This document shows, piece after piece, positions 29,797-39,501 of a stretch of DNA of 64,000 bases (its first letter is position 1; the number at the start of each line of letters is the position of its first letter). The DNA comes from Bdellovibrionales bacterium (GTDB lineage: Bacteria; Bdellovibrionota; Bdellovibrionia; Bdellovibrionales; UBA1609). Made by a program: the position numbers and the translations under genes. The DNA lies in contig CBDHDF010000007.1 of the NCBI GenBank assembly GCA_965261545.1, positions 1 through 64,000 on the forward strand, written 5' to 3'. Below the pieces are notes generated by a model. That model made no database searches. It worked only from the letters and a program-made list of their open reading frames with translations, and was not told the DNA's origin.

Positions 29797-32055
29797 ATGA
29801 GAAAGAGCAAAATCACCTTTTTATTCGCAATTTTATTTCTCCTGGAAACGCCGGCGCTGTCATACTATCCTCATTTTGGTTTGAACCCTCAGTGGCTTCC
29901 GAGGGGACAAAGGTTGACTCCCTTATGCACATACCCTGGATCTCCTAGCTGTATGAAGCAATGGAGCTACCAGTCTCAGATTTTAAGGAGAAACAACTCA
30001 TTGCAGTATTATCTTCCCACTTTTATATCCCAACCATCTACTACTGTGGATGACCCTATAGGTGACCCCACAGATGACGATGATTGGGAACTCTTTACGC
30101 CGCCTTCCTATGGTTCGAATCGAAGATCATCTAGGAAAAGAGGTCACCGCTCAAGAGTTGCGCCCGTGCCCAAAGAGGAATCAACGCCTGAGGCCGGCGG
30201 CACGGTAGCTTCACCGCCAGCAGCAGCAGAGCCAGTTCCATCGCCAGTGAGAGATCCAGAGGTAGCATCAAATGATACATCAGGTGATGAAGATAATAAA
30301 GGATTGCTTCGAGTACCGCTTTCTAAGGCCGGCAGGGTAGTTAGTCAGAAGTCACCGCCAGTGCCAGCAGCCCCAGATCCACCGCCAGTGAAAGATCCAG
30401 AGGTAGCATCAAATGATACATCAGGTGATGAAGATAATAAAGGATTGCCTCGAGTGCCGCTTTCTAAGGCCGGCAGGGTAGTTAGTCAGAATTCACTGCC
30501 AGTAGTGCCAGCAGCCCCAGATCCACCGCCAGTGAGAGATCCAGAGGTAGCATCAAATGATACATCAGGTGATGAAGATAATAAAGGATTGCTTCGAGTG
30601 CCGCTTTCTAAGGCCGGCAGGGTAGTTAGTCAGAATTCACTGCCAGTGCCAGCAGCCCCAAATCCACCGTCAATGAAAGAGCCAAAGGCAGCATCGCATC
30701 CAGGGCGACATCCTGAGATTGAGGTCGGTACGGTAGTTAGTCAACTGCCAGTGCCAGTAGCACCAGCGCCAGCACCAGTAGCGTCGTCAGCATCAAGCGC
30801 AGCAGCCCCTAAAATAAAACCCAAGTTCTACCGCAATAAATCAAACCCTGACATGGTGAGGGTCGTAGAAATAGATGACCGTGGTCGCCGGAAAGTCATG
30901 GAGGGAAAAATAGCTTTTGTAGACATAAGCGACATAGAGAGAAATGATGAAGGTGAGTATACAACGGCAAAAACAACCTCTGCTCTCCCCACATCGGTGA
31001 AAGAAGTTCAACCTGGGTGCTTTGTGATTGATAAATCACAAACTGAAACTGAAGCTTCTGTTTGTGGGACTTGTGATAAAGAGAAAGAGCCTGTTTTATC
31101 TGTGTTGGCTGAGCAGAAAGAGTTTATAGAGAAGCTAAAAAAAGAACTGAATCAAGTTAACTCTAAGGTGAAAGACAAAATAGAAAAAAAATTGATAAAG
31201 TCATCAGGGGATCCTCAAAGGAGTTCTCTGGATGAATTTACACAAAAAATCTGTCACCCTCATATTTCTTTGCAAGTTATTATTAGTAATTTTAACAGTT
31301 CCTGTCCACATCCCTATAAGAATAATTTCAATAAGTTTTTTAAAGAAACTTACTGTCAGGCTTGTCAGCAAGGAGTCCCTCCAGAGCTTATGATGTCCAT
31401 GATGGCTGTCGAAAGCAGTGGATACTGCAAGGCATCTAATCAGAGTCTGAAAGAGCATAGTATTGGTTTATTTCAGATAGATTCGGAACAACATGTATGC
31501 CCTAGAAAGAAAAGTGGCATGAGTAATGCTCAGTGCTTTCAAAATCCCGTAACAAATATGCAAACAAGCATTAAGATTCTAAAAAATACCTATAAAAATT
31601 CAAATCCCCAATCAATACCTGGTGGTCAATGCAAGCCATGGACAAAAACAACTCTAAGTGAAAGAAACCAGTGGCGTCGAACAGTTTCGTCTTATAATGC
31701 CGGGTCGCTCTGGTTATCAAGAGCTATATATTCAATTCGTGATGAAAGAACTATAGGGAGTACAAAGTACTTATCTTTTAAGCACAAAGATTCAAAGGAT
31801 CTCAATGAATACAAAAAGCTTCTCATGAATGAATACAAAAATCATGAGGCTTCTTGGGAAGAATTGAGAGTGTATTACTTCGTAGAAAAGCTATCTCTTG
31901 GCAACAAGACTGGTTCAGGAAGAGAGATGAAGTATACACGCTCCAATGTCATCCATACAGAAATGGTTTTAGGTAGAGAAGTCAAGGGAACTCCCCCAGG
32001 TCTTGTCGAGGTTTGGGGAGAGTATGTCAGAAAAAACAAGCCCTCTTGCAACTAA
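29797..32055 (+). CDS. Secreted SLT-type lytic transglycosylase domain protein with Pro-rich tandem repeats
   Basis: Signal peptide; SLT motifs MMAVESSG (catalytic Glu), IGLFQI and SYNAG. Confidence 0.75.
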   Translation: MRKSKITFLFAILFLLETPALSYYPHFGLNPQWLPRGQRLTPLCTYPGSPSCMKQWSYQSQILRRNNSLQYYLPTFISQPSTTVDDPIGDPTDDDDWELFTPPSYGSNRRSSRKRGHRSRVAPVPKEESTPEAGGTVASPPAAAEPVPSPVRDPEVASNDTSGDEDNKGLLRVPLSKAGRVVSQKSPPVPAAPDPPPVKDPEVASNDTSGDEDNKGLPRVPLSKAGRVVSQNSLPVVPAAPDPPPVRDPEVASNDTSGDEDNKGLLRVPLSKAGRVVSQNSLPVPAAPNPPSMKEPKAASHPGRHPEIEVGTVVSQLPVPVAPAPAPVASSASSAAAPKIKPKFYRNKSNPDMVRVVEIDDRGRRKVMEGKIAFVDISDIERNDEGEYTTAKTTSALPTSVKEVQPGCFVIDKSQTETEASVCGTCDKEKEPVLSVLAEQKEFIEKLKKELNQVNSKVKDKIEKKLIKSSGDPQRSSLDEFTQKICHPHISLQVIISNFNSSCPHPYKNNFNKFFKETYCQACQQGVPPELMMSMMAVESSGYCKASNQSLKEHSIGLFQIDSEQHVCPRKKSGMSNAQCFQNPVTNMQTSIKILKNTYKNSNPQSIPGGQCKPWTKTTLSERNQWRRTVSSYNAGSLWLSRAIYSIRDERTIGSTKYLSFKHKDSKDLNEYKKLLMNEYKNHEASWEELRVYYFVEKLSLGNKTGSGREMKYTRSNVIHTEMVLGREVKGTPPGLVEVWGEYVRKNKPSCN
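30244..30669 (+). repeat. Three in-frame tandem repeats of 141/144/141 bp (PVRDPEVASNDTSGDEDNKGL.RVPLSKAGRVVSQ...)
   Basis: Copies start at 30244, 30385 and 30529 and are nearly identical at the nucleotide level. Confidence 0.95.
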
Positions 32056-32084
32056 AGAGGGGACTTAGAACATAAGCCCCTCTT
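32055..32084. terminator. Hairpin between the convergent SLT gene and tRNA; probable intrinsic terminator
   Basis: AAGAGGGG-ACTTA-gaaca-TAAG-CCCCTCTT inverted repeat right after the stop codon. Confidence 0.6.
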
Positions 32085-32155
32085 CGTTGTGAAAAAATGC
32101 AATGCTATTTATTAGTCTTGCTTAGTCCTCTTGAGTAAATTGGCAAATGGAGAAA

Positions 32156-32232
32156 TGGTAGGGGTTCCAGGACTCGAACCTGGGATCCTCCGGTTATGAG
32201 CCGGATGCTTTAACCAACTAAGCTAAACCCCC
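32156..32232 (-). tRNA. tRNA with CAT anticodon, probably tRNA-Ile2 (lysidine); elongator Met not excluded
   Basis: Cloverleaf GGGGGTT...CCGG-CTCATAA-CCGG...TTCGAGT...AACCCCT-ACCA; position after rpoD matches the rpoD-ileX arrangement. Confidence 0.93.
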
Positions 32233-32396
32233 AAGAAATTTCTTGATATGTTTTTTGTTTTTGAAGAAGAAGAAATGGGCCCTTGGTTTTTTGAATAGGA
32301 ATAGAGCCGCCTCTTTTGCGCCAATGGGAGATACTTGTAAATTAGGTAGGGCCAATGTAAATATAATAGTTACGCTTACGATGGAAAAGAGGTCTA

Positions 32397-34316
32397 TCAT
32401 TCATTTCCCATGGGGCTGCCCTCACCTCCTCCTGTACCATCGTTGGTGAGATTTGTACTCTCTAAGGCTCCGCTGCCTGATGTATCAATAAGGCCCTTCA
32501 GGCGAACAGAGCGGCTGGGATGACGAAGCTTGCGCAATGCCTTTGCTTCAATTTGTCGGATTCGCTCCCTGGTCACATTAAAATCTTGCCCCACTTCTTC
32601 CAAGGTGTGGTCGCTTTCTTCGCCAATTCCAAATCGCATGCGCAAAACCTTCTCTTCGCGAGGAGTGAGGGTGGAAAGAACCCGACGAGTTTGCTCAGCT
32701 AAATTGAGATTGACAATGGCATCTGAAGGATTGATGACCTTTTTGTCCTCAATGAAGTCTCCAAGAAGAGAGTCTTCCTCTTCCCCCACAGGAGTTTCAA
32801 GGCTGATGGGCTCTTTTGAAATTTTTAAGACCTTGCGAACTTTATCAATTTGAAGGTCCATTTTTTCAGCGATTTCTTCAGGAATGGGTTCACGTCCTAG
32901 CTCTTGAACTAAAAGGCGAGAGGTTCTTACCAACTTATTAATGGTTTCAATCATATGTACAGGAACACGAATGGTTCTCGCCTGATCGGCAATGGCTCGT
33001 GTAATAGCTTGGCGAATCCACCATGTGGCATAGGTGGAGAATTTATAACCTCGTCGATATTCAAACTTGTCCACGGCTTTCATCAAGCCAATATTTCCCT
33101 CTTGAATAAGGTCCAAAAACTGAAGGCCACGGTTGGCGTACTTTTTTGCAATAGAAACCACAAGCCTTAAGTTGGCTTCAACAAGTTCAGATTTTGCTTT
33201 ATCAGCTTCGCGTTCTCCTCTCCAAATGGATGTGTAGGTATCTTGGATCCAATTAAAAGTCATTTCCGTTTCTTCGTGGAGGCGATTGAGTCTTTCGTTG
33301 GCCATGGATGCAATTAAGTAGTGGCTGCGAAACTGATTAAAGGACAATCCTGTTTCACGAGTCATCTTTGCTAGTTCAAGCTCATTGGCATCGATTTTTT
33401 CATAGCGTTCTATCAATACACCAATATCCTTGGAAAAAGTCTTCTTCTGGGCCTCACGAATGCGACTGAGAAGAGTTGCCATGCGACCCACAAGATTCTT
33501 AAATTTAATGACAATGCGATTGATAGTTTTTCTGTTGAAGTTAATTTTTTCAAAGTTAACCATAAGATCCTGGTTTAATTTGGATAAAGCAGCTTCGGCA
33601 GTTTCAGCATCCTTAGACTTATGGTCATTTAAACAAAGAGCTTTGAAATAGGGGTGGCCCTTCTTTTTATAGGCTTTTACATGGTCTATGAGCTCGTCAA
33701 TTTTTTCAATGTACTCCTGCTCATTGTACTGGGTCTCCTCATCTGTAAGGCCCCGAAAAATGGATTTAACTTTGATGCGCCCTTCATGCAAGCGTTGCCC
33801 CAAGTCTATGACCTCTTTTGCACCAATGGGAGACATTAAAATGGCCCGCACAATTTCACGCTCGCCCTCTTCAATGCGACGAGCAATGGTCACTTCGCCC
33901 TCACGAGTGAGTAGGGAAACACTTCCCATTTTACGGAGGTATAGACGCACAGGATCGTTCCCCCGGGAGTCCTCCCTTGCCGTGGTCTCTTCCTCTTCTA
34001 GTTTTTCGGGATCTGCAAGAAAGAAACTATCCTCATTGTCACTGGCTTTTTGTGGTTTTCCTGGTGAGTCTGTAATAATAACAGAGTTGGCTTCAAGCCC
34101 TTTCATGAAGGCATCTAGCACAGTTGGAGACAGGATTTCAGGGGGTAGCAGTTCATTGATCTCTGCAACTGAGAGTTCAGCATTTTTCTGTGCAAGTGCT
34201 GTAAACTTTTGAATTTCCTCAGCAATTATTTGATACTGAACGGCTTCTGGAACAGCTTCTGAGAGACTTTCCACAGCTTTATGAGCTTTCTTATTTTTTG
34301 CCTTTGCCTTGCTCAT
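32397..34316 (-). CDS. rpoD: RNA polymerase primary sigma factor
   Basis: [60 protein letters not shown]. Confidence 0.98.
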   Translation of the reverse strand: MSKAKAKNKKAHKAVESLSEAVPEAVQYQIIAEEIQKFTALAQKNAELSVAEINELLPPEILSPTVLDAFMKGLEANSVIITDSPGKPQKASDNEDSFFLADPEKLEEEETTAREDSRGNDPVRLYLRKMGSVSLLTREGEVTIARRIEEGEREIVRAILMSPIGAKEVIDLGQRLHEGRIKVKSIFRGLTDEETQYNEQEYIEKIDELIDHVKAYKKKGHPYFKALCLNDHKSKDAETAEAALSKLNQDLMVNFEKINFNRKTINRIVIKFKNLVGRMATLLSRIREAQKKTFSKDIGVLIERYEKIDANELELAKMTRETGLSFNQFRSHYLIASMANERLNRLHEETEMTFNWIQDTYTSIWRGEREADKAKSELVEANLRLVVSIAKKYANRGLQFLDLIQEGNIGLMKAVDKFEYRRGYKFSTYATWWIRQAITRAIADQARTIRVPVHMIETINKLVRTSRLLVQELGREPIPEEIAEKMDLQIDKVRKVLKISKEPISLETPVGEEEDSLLGDFIEDKKVINPSDAIVNLNLAEQTRRVLSTLTPREEKVLRMRFGIGEESDHTLEEVGQDFNVTRERIRQIEAKALRKLRHPSRSVRLKGLIDTSGSGALESTNLTNDGTGGGEGSPMGNE

Positions 34317-34330
34317 GAACTTACTCCTAT

Positions 34331-36265
34331 CTATTTTGAGGGGTCTAAACTTTTCTTCAGATTATGTTTATCTTTATGTATAAGCATAATCTGTTCCAAT
34401 TGCTGAAGTTGCTGTTCTGTGGTTGTCTTGGATCTGAGTCGAAAACTCAGTTCTTTAATCTGAGACTTCATGTGTTTTTCACAAACTCGCCGTAAACAAT
34501 CTTCAAAAAGCTGGTCCCTCCCCTCGTCGTCAAGCTCGGAAATGGGTCGTTCTAGATACAAGGTCATTAGTTGAGGATAATCCACCTGTGAGGATAGTAA
34601 GGCTGTCAATCTACCAAAATTATTGCTGTCTTGTCTATGTTCAAAAATGACACGTCCCAAAATCTCACGAATTCCTGAGTGGGAAAACCGCTCAACAACT
34701 TCTTTTTCTCGAAGCTCCAAGAGGTATTTTTCGTCCATAAGGGCTAGGTTTAACAAATAAGCCTCTTCTTTGGGCCCCCCTCGGAGGGCATAAACCTTGG
34801 TGTTCTTCTTGATATCCTCATGGCTGATGCCCCCATGGTTGATACCTCCATGGGGCGGGGACATCACTTGCACTTCACTCTTTTTAGTCCTTGTTGCTCC
34901 CCCTTTTTTATTTTTTTCCTTTAGCTCTTGCTCCCTTAACTTTTCTCTCAGTCCTTTTTGAACCCAAAATTTTTCTGCATTGAGGCGGCGGCTAATTTCT
35001 GTCACATAGAGTTCCTTAAGACGCATGTCGACAACACGGGTATAGTTGGACGCCAATTTATCCAAAACTAAAACCTTATCAGAGGCTTCTTTCATTCCAA
35101 TTTCTTCAATGATTCTCTCCAGATGATAGATAAAAAGATCTCGTGCTCCCCTCAGAGCTAGCCTTAAAGCATCAGCACCTTCGCTTTCTAAAAAAGTGTC
35201 TGGGTCTTGGCCATCGTTTAAAACACAAATTCTTGGGTGAAGCTTATTTTCCAACAAAATGGGTAGGCTTCTCTGGGAGGCGTCTTGTCCTGCGGAATCT
35301 CCGTCAAAGAGAAGCACCACTTTTTGTGTTACTTTCTGCAATTGATGGCAGTGATTGGCTGTTAATGCCGTGCCAAGAGTCGCCACGACATTTTTGATTC
35401 CCGCTTTTTGCAAGGCGATAAAATCCATATACCCCTCCACAACAATAGCGTAAGAGGCCGCAAGAATATACTTTGCTGACGTATTCAGACCATAGAGAAT
35501 TTTGCCTTTGTGAAAAATCAAAGATTCTGGGCTGTTTAAGTATTTAGGTTGACCATCTCCTAGAATCCGACCTCCAAAGCCCACATAGCGGCCAGCGCGG
35601 TCCACAATAGGAAAGATAAGGCGATCTCGAAATAGATCGTAAAGTCCTTCTTGCCCCTTATCTCGATTTCGCTTCTTCAAAAGACCTAGGGAGCAGGCGA
35701 TTTTTGTAGAAAGATTTCTTTTAGCTAAATGGGGGCCAAGGGCTTCCCAGCGCGCGGGAGCATAGCCAATGCAAAATTTCTTGATAATCTCTTCAGAGAG
35801 GCCACGTCGAAGAGCGTATTGCTGTACACTGTGATCTTTGGAGAGAGACAAAAGATTTTTATGAAAGAATTCAGCTGCAAGCTTATTGACTTCATAGGCT
35901 TGCTTTTTTTCATTGGCACTGCTACCACTGCCGCCATGCTCGCTATAGGTTTGAGCTTCTTTGGGAAGAGGAATGCCCGCCCGGTGAGCCAAGTATTCCA
36001 CGGCCTCAAGAAAGCCCATGCCTTGTATCTCTTCGACAAAGTGATAGAGGTTACCTGCCTTTTTACAACCAAAGCAGTGGTAAACCTGTCTTTCCTCAGA
36101 GACGGAAAAGCTTGGGGTCTTTTCATTGTGTCCGGGAAAAGGGCAGAGCCCCATGTAGCCATTACCTGTGGGACGCAACTCTGTGTGATTTTCTATGATA
36201 TCAATGATGTTATTAGAGGTGCGAACATTTTCGATAAAGATTGAAGAAAACTTCATGGCCTTCAT
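34331..36265 (-). CDS. dnaG: DNA primase
   Basis: [13 protein letters not shown]...CFGC zinc finger, [29 protein letters not shown]. Confidence 0.97.
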   Translation of the reverse strand: MKAMKFSSIFIENVRTSNNIIDIIENHTELRPTGNGYMGLCPFPGHNEKTPSFSVSEERQVYHCFGCKKAGNLYHFVEEIQGMGFLEAVEYLAHRAGIPLPKEAQTYSEHGGSGSSANEKKQAYEVNKLAAEFFHKNLLSLSKDHSVQQYALRRGLSEEIIKKFCIGYAPARWEALGPHLAKRNLSTKIACSLGLLKKRNRDKGQEGLYDLFRDRLIFPIVDRAGRYVGFGGRILGDGQPKYLNSPESLIFHKGKILYGLNTSAKYILAASYAIVVEGYMDFIALQKAGIKNVVATLGTALTANHCHQLQKVTQKVVLLFDGDSAGQDASQRSLPILLENKLHPRICVLNDGQDPDTFLESEGADALRLALRGARDLFIYHLERIIEEIGMKEASDKVLVLDKLASNYTRVVDMRLKELYVTEISRRLNAEKFWVQKGLREKLREQELKEKNKKGGATRTKKSEVQVMSPPHGGINHGGISHEDIKKNTKVYALRGGPKEEAYLLNLALMDEKYLLELREKEVVERFSHSGIREILGRVIFEHRQDSNNFGRLTALLSSQVDYPQLMTLYLERPISELDDEGRDQLFEDCLRRVCEKHMKSQIKELSFRLRSKTTTEQQLQQLEQIMLIHKDKHNLKKSLDPSK

Positions 36266-36398
36266 GACATCTCAGTCATGCCCCCCCCATTGCTACAAAA
36301 GGTTTTTCAATGAGAATCAATCCTAACCTTTTGCTTTTTTACTTCCTGCTTTTTTACTTCTTGCTGCTTCAAATTAAATTAAATGCAATCAAATGCAA

Positions 36399-36854
36399 TT
36401 AAAGGCGTTGTTGAATCTTGGCCTTAACCATTTCACTCATCATTTTGTTATCTGCAACTCCCGCCGTTCGAGCCATGGCTTCCTTCATCACAGTTCCCAT
36501 TTGCCCCATGGAGATTGACTCCATGGAGGCTAGAATTTCATCAATAATGACCTCCATTTGGGAGTATGGCATAGAGGCTGGCAAATAAGACTCAAGAAAT
36601 GCAAGCTCAATCTCCTCCTTATCAACGAGGTCCATCCTCCCAGCCCTTTTAAACTGTTCAATGGAGTCCTTTCGCTGTTTAACAAGCTTCTTAAGAACAG
36701 CCATAACATCTTGGTCTGTCAACTCCTGGGGACGCACTTTTATTTCTTGGTTCTTAATTTCTGAGTTGAGGAACCTAAGAGTTGTCAACTTAGCTTGATC
36801 TCGGTCTTTCATTGCCGTCTTGATGTCGGCTGTAATCTTATCTCTTAGCGTCAT
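36399..36854 (-). CDS. GatB/YqeY domain protein
   Basis: KTAMK...LRFL, KQRKDSIEQF...GR.DL...E, YLP; lies between rpsU and dnaG. Confidence 0.92.
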   Translation of the reverse strand: MTLRDKITADIKTAMKDRDQAKLTTLRFLNSEIKNQEIKVRPQELTDQDVMAVLKKLVKQRKDSIEQFKRAGRMDLVDKEEIELAFLESYLPASMPYSQMEVIIDEILASMESISMGQMGTVMKEAMARTAGVADNKMMSEMVKAKIQQRL

Positions 36855-36890
36855 TTTGTCGCCTCTTATACTAATTAATTGCTGTGCATA

Positions 36891-37100
36891 TTACTTGCTA
36901 CTGTGTAATTCAGATTTTCTTATTTTCTTTAGAAGTCGCTTTTGTGCCGCAATAGACTTTTTTTTCTTCCGAATGCTTGGTTTTTCGTAATGTTCTCTCT
37001 TTTTAACTTCAGAAAGAACTCCTGACTTTTCACAGGACTTCCGAAAGCGTCGAAAAGCCGACTCAAAGGGCTCATTGTCGCGAATTTTCACATAGGCCAA
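36891..37100 (-). CDS. rpsU: 30S ribosomal protein S21
   Basis: [12 protein letters not shown]...KREHYEKPS. Confidence 0.97.
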   Translation of the reverse strand: MAYVKIRDNEPFESAFRRFRKSCEKSGVLSEVKKREHYEKPSIRKKKKSIAAQKRLLKKIRKSELHSSK

Positions 37101-37318
37101 ACTTAATCACCACCTTTCACTTCCCTGCTTGCTATGTTTATCCTTTCAAGGGGAGAACGTCTAGCAACGAAAATTCTTTTTTTATTTTTATAATAACCAT
37201 ATCATTAGTATAAAGCATATCTAATATAATTTAGACAGATATTTAACGCCAAGCATCTAATCGCTGGTAAGGCTGGGGTGTGCCCTAGTTCGTTTAAAGG
37301 TATATTGTCATTTTAAAA

Positions 37319-37879
37319 ATGTTGTCAGTGGAAGGGAGCATTTTGAGGGAAAGAAAGCAAAGAGATATAGATCAGAAAGGTATAGAAGATCAGAGAGATG
37401 TGGATCAGAGGTTCATGGCTCTGGCTCTTGAGGAAGCCCTGTTGGCACAAGAAAAGGGGGAGGTCCCCGTAGGGGCTTTAATTGTAGAAGGTGATAAAGT
37501 GATTGCTCGTGCCCACAATTTGCGGGAGTCCACCTATGATCCCACAGCCCATGCAGAAATTATTGCCTTGCGCAGGGCCTCTGAGTCTTTAAAGTCCTGG
37601 CGTTTGCATAATTGTTCCCTCTATGTCACGCTTGAACCCTGCGTTATGTGTTCTGGAGCTATCGTTCAGGCTCGCTTAAGTCGTATTATTTATGCCACAG
37701 TGGATTCCAAAGGGGGAGGCGTTGAATCACTTTGGTCACTTTGCTCGGACCCTCGCCTCAATCACCAGGTTTGCACTCAGTCGGGTGTCATGGAGGAAGA
37801 AGCCGTTCATCTACTTACACAGTTCTTTCACGAGCGTCGCAAGGCTAATAAGGCCAACAAGGTTAAAAAAAACCACTAG
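37319..37879 (+). CDS. tadA: tRNA adenosine(34) deaminase
   Basis: GEVPVGA, DPTAHAE, LYVTLEPCVMC, RLNH, FF..RR. Confidence 0.93.
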   Translation: MLSVEGSILRERKQRDIDQKGIEDQRDVDQRFMALALEEALLAQEKGEVPVGALIVEGDKVIARAHNLRESTYDPTAHAEIIALRRASESLKSWRLHNCSLYVTLEPCVMCSGAIVQARLSRIIYATVDSKGGGVESLWSLCSDPRLNHQVCTQSGVMEEEAVHLLTQFFHERRKANKANKVKKNH

Positions 37880-38097
37880 CAGGCAGATGATGTTTGTAAA
37901 TCATCTCTAACGATTTTGGCGAAGTGTATCACACCCTTGCCTTTGTTCAGAAAATAATACATTATCGATTTCTTCTTCGATGCCCATTTTCAAAGCCAAC
38001 GGAGCACCAAGCCAGATTAGCCAATAATCAAAGCTAATAACCAGCTAATAAAGAACAAAAAAACACTAATTAAAGAATAAAAAACAAAGGAGAGGTT

Positions 38098-39498
38098 ATG
38101 AGAAAAATTTATTGTTATTCAGGTTTGTCAAATTTGAGATTCTATTCAAATTGGATTTTCAGGTTGATGATACGATGTGTTGTTGTTTTCGTGTTTGCTT
38201 GTATCTCTCTAAATACCTTCACCCCCAGCAAAGCATATGGCTTGGACCCAAAACTAACTCCTCTCGGGGGGGAGAGGGCGGGAAATGCCGAGGGAACAAT
38301 TCCTGTTTGGGAAGGCGGAATCACAACACCTCCAAGCAACTACATTCCAGGAGCCCACCTTCCGGATCCCTATTTCGAAGATAAGGTGTTGTTCACCATA
38401 GACGCCTCCAATGTTGACCAGTACCGAGGTAAGTTGTCCATGGGGCATCAGTATATGTTAGAAAATTATTCCACATTTAAGCTCAATATCTACCCCACAA
38501 GACGTAGTGCATCAGCTCCCCAGTATATTTACGACGCTACAGACTCACTGAATGGCTCAGCAACTCTAGAAGACAATGGCAATGGCGTTGCCAATGCCGC
38601 CATTGGCATACCTTTTCCCGTGCCCGAAAATGCTCTTGAGATCCTTTGGAACCATGTATTGCGTTACCGTGGGCAAAGCCTCCTCACCGATTGGGACAAT
38701 GCCATTGTTTCATCCCAGGGGAATGTCACCATGGCTAGAGATGAAATGAAGCTACTCTTTAATTATTCACTTCCCCACATGACTCCCTCAAAGTTAAATA
38801 ATCTTATGATATTTTATAAGAGAAAAGTTGTCGGTGGAGCATATAATGGCTTCATGGCTTTGGTCCACGAAACCATCAATCAAAAATCGGATCCTCGAAG
38901 AGCTTGGATATATGACCCCTCTGTCGGGCGAGTGAGACGGGCCCCTAACTTGGCTTACGACTATGAATATCCCCATCTTGAAGAATTGCGCACAATAGAT
39001 CAATTAGATATGTTTAATGGAGCCCCGGATCGCTATAACTGGAAGGTCGTCGGCAAACGCGAGGTTTATGTTCCTTACAATAGTTATAAATTGCACAGTG
39101 ACCATTTAAAGTACTCAGAGATACTGACTCCTAAACACCTCAACCCAGATTATATGCGCTATGAACTTCATCGTGCTTGGGTGGTGGAAGGTTATCTCAA
39201 GCCAGAGGCATCCCATTTATTTAAGCGCCGAGTGCTTTATATTGATGAAGACTCTTGGAGTATTCTATTGGCCGATATATATGATGAAGAAAATATTTTG
39301 TGGAGATTTCAAGAAGGTCACCCTATCAACTACTACAATGCTTCGGTTTTTCTAACCACAGCGGAGGTTTACTTCAATTTAGAGTCACAGCGCTACCTTG
39401 CGTCATCTCTCACCAACGAGACATTGGCTCCCATTTTTAACACCCCCCTCTCTCCAAAGGAATTTACTCCGGCGAAGCTTAGAGGCGGTGGGAACTAA
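38098..39498 (+). CDS. DUF1329 family periplasmic protein (LolA-like fold)
   Basis: LTPLGGERAGNAEGTIP.W.GG, YPTRRSA, RRAWIY...RVRRAP, GAPDRYNW, RYELHR.WVVE, DEDSW. Confidence 0.9.
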   Translation: MRKIYCYSGLSNLRFYSNWIFRLMIRCVVVFVFACISLNTFTPSKAYGLDPKLTPLGGERAGNAEGTIPVWEGGITTPPSNYIPGAHLPDPYFEDKVLFTIDASNVDQYRGKLSMGHQYMLENYSTFKLNIYPTRRSASAPQYIYDATDSLNGSATLEDNGNGVANAAIGIPFPVPENALEILWNHVLRYRGQSLLTDWDNAIVSSQGNVTMARDEMKLLFNYSLPHMTPSKLNNLMIFYKRKVVGGAYNGFMALVHETINQKSDPRRAWIYDPSVGRVRRAPNLAYDYEYPHLEELRTIDQLDMFNGAPDRYNWKVVGKREVYVPYNSYKLHSDHLKYSEILTPKHLNPDYMRYELHRAWVVEGYLKPEASHLFKRRVLYIDEDSWSILLADIYDEENILWRFQEGHPINYYNASVFLTTAEVYFNLESQRYLASSLTNETLAPIFNTPLSPKEFTPAKLRGGGN

Positions 39499-39501
39499 TC
39501 A

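Noticed and set aside
30244..30669. CRISPR array
   Set aside because: The repeats are contiguous, in-frame coding units with no unique spacers, and there are no cas genes.
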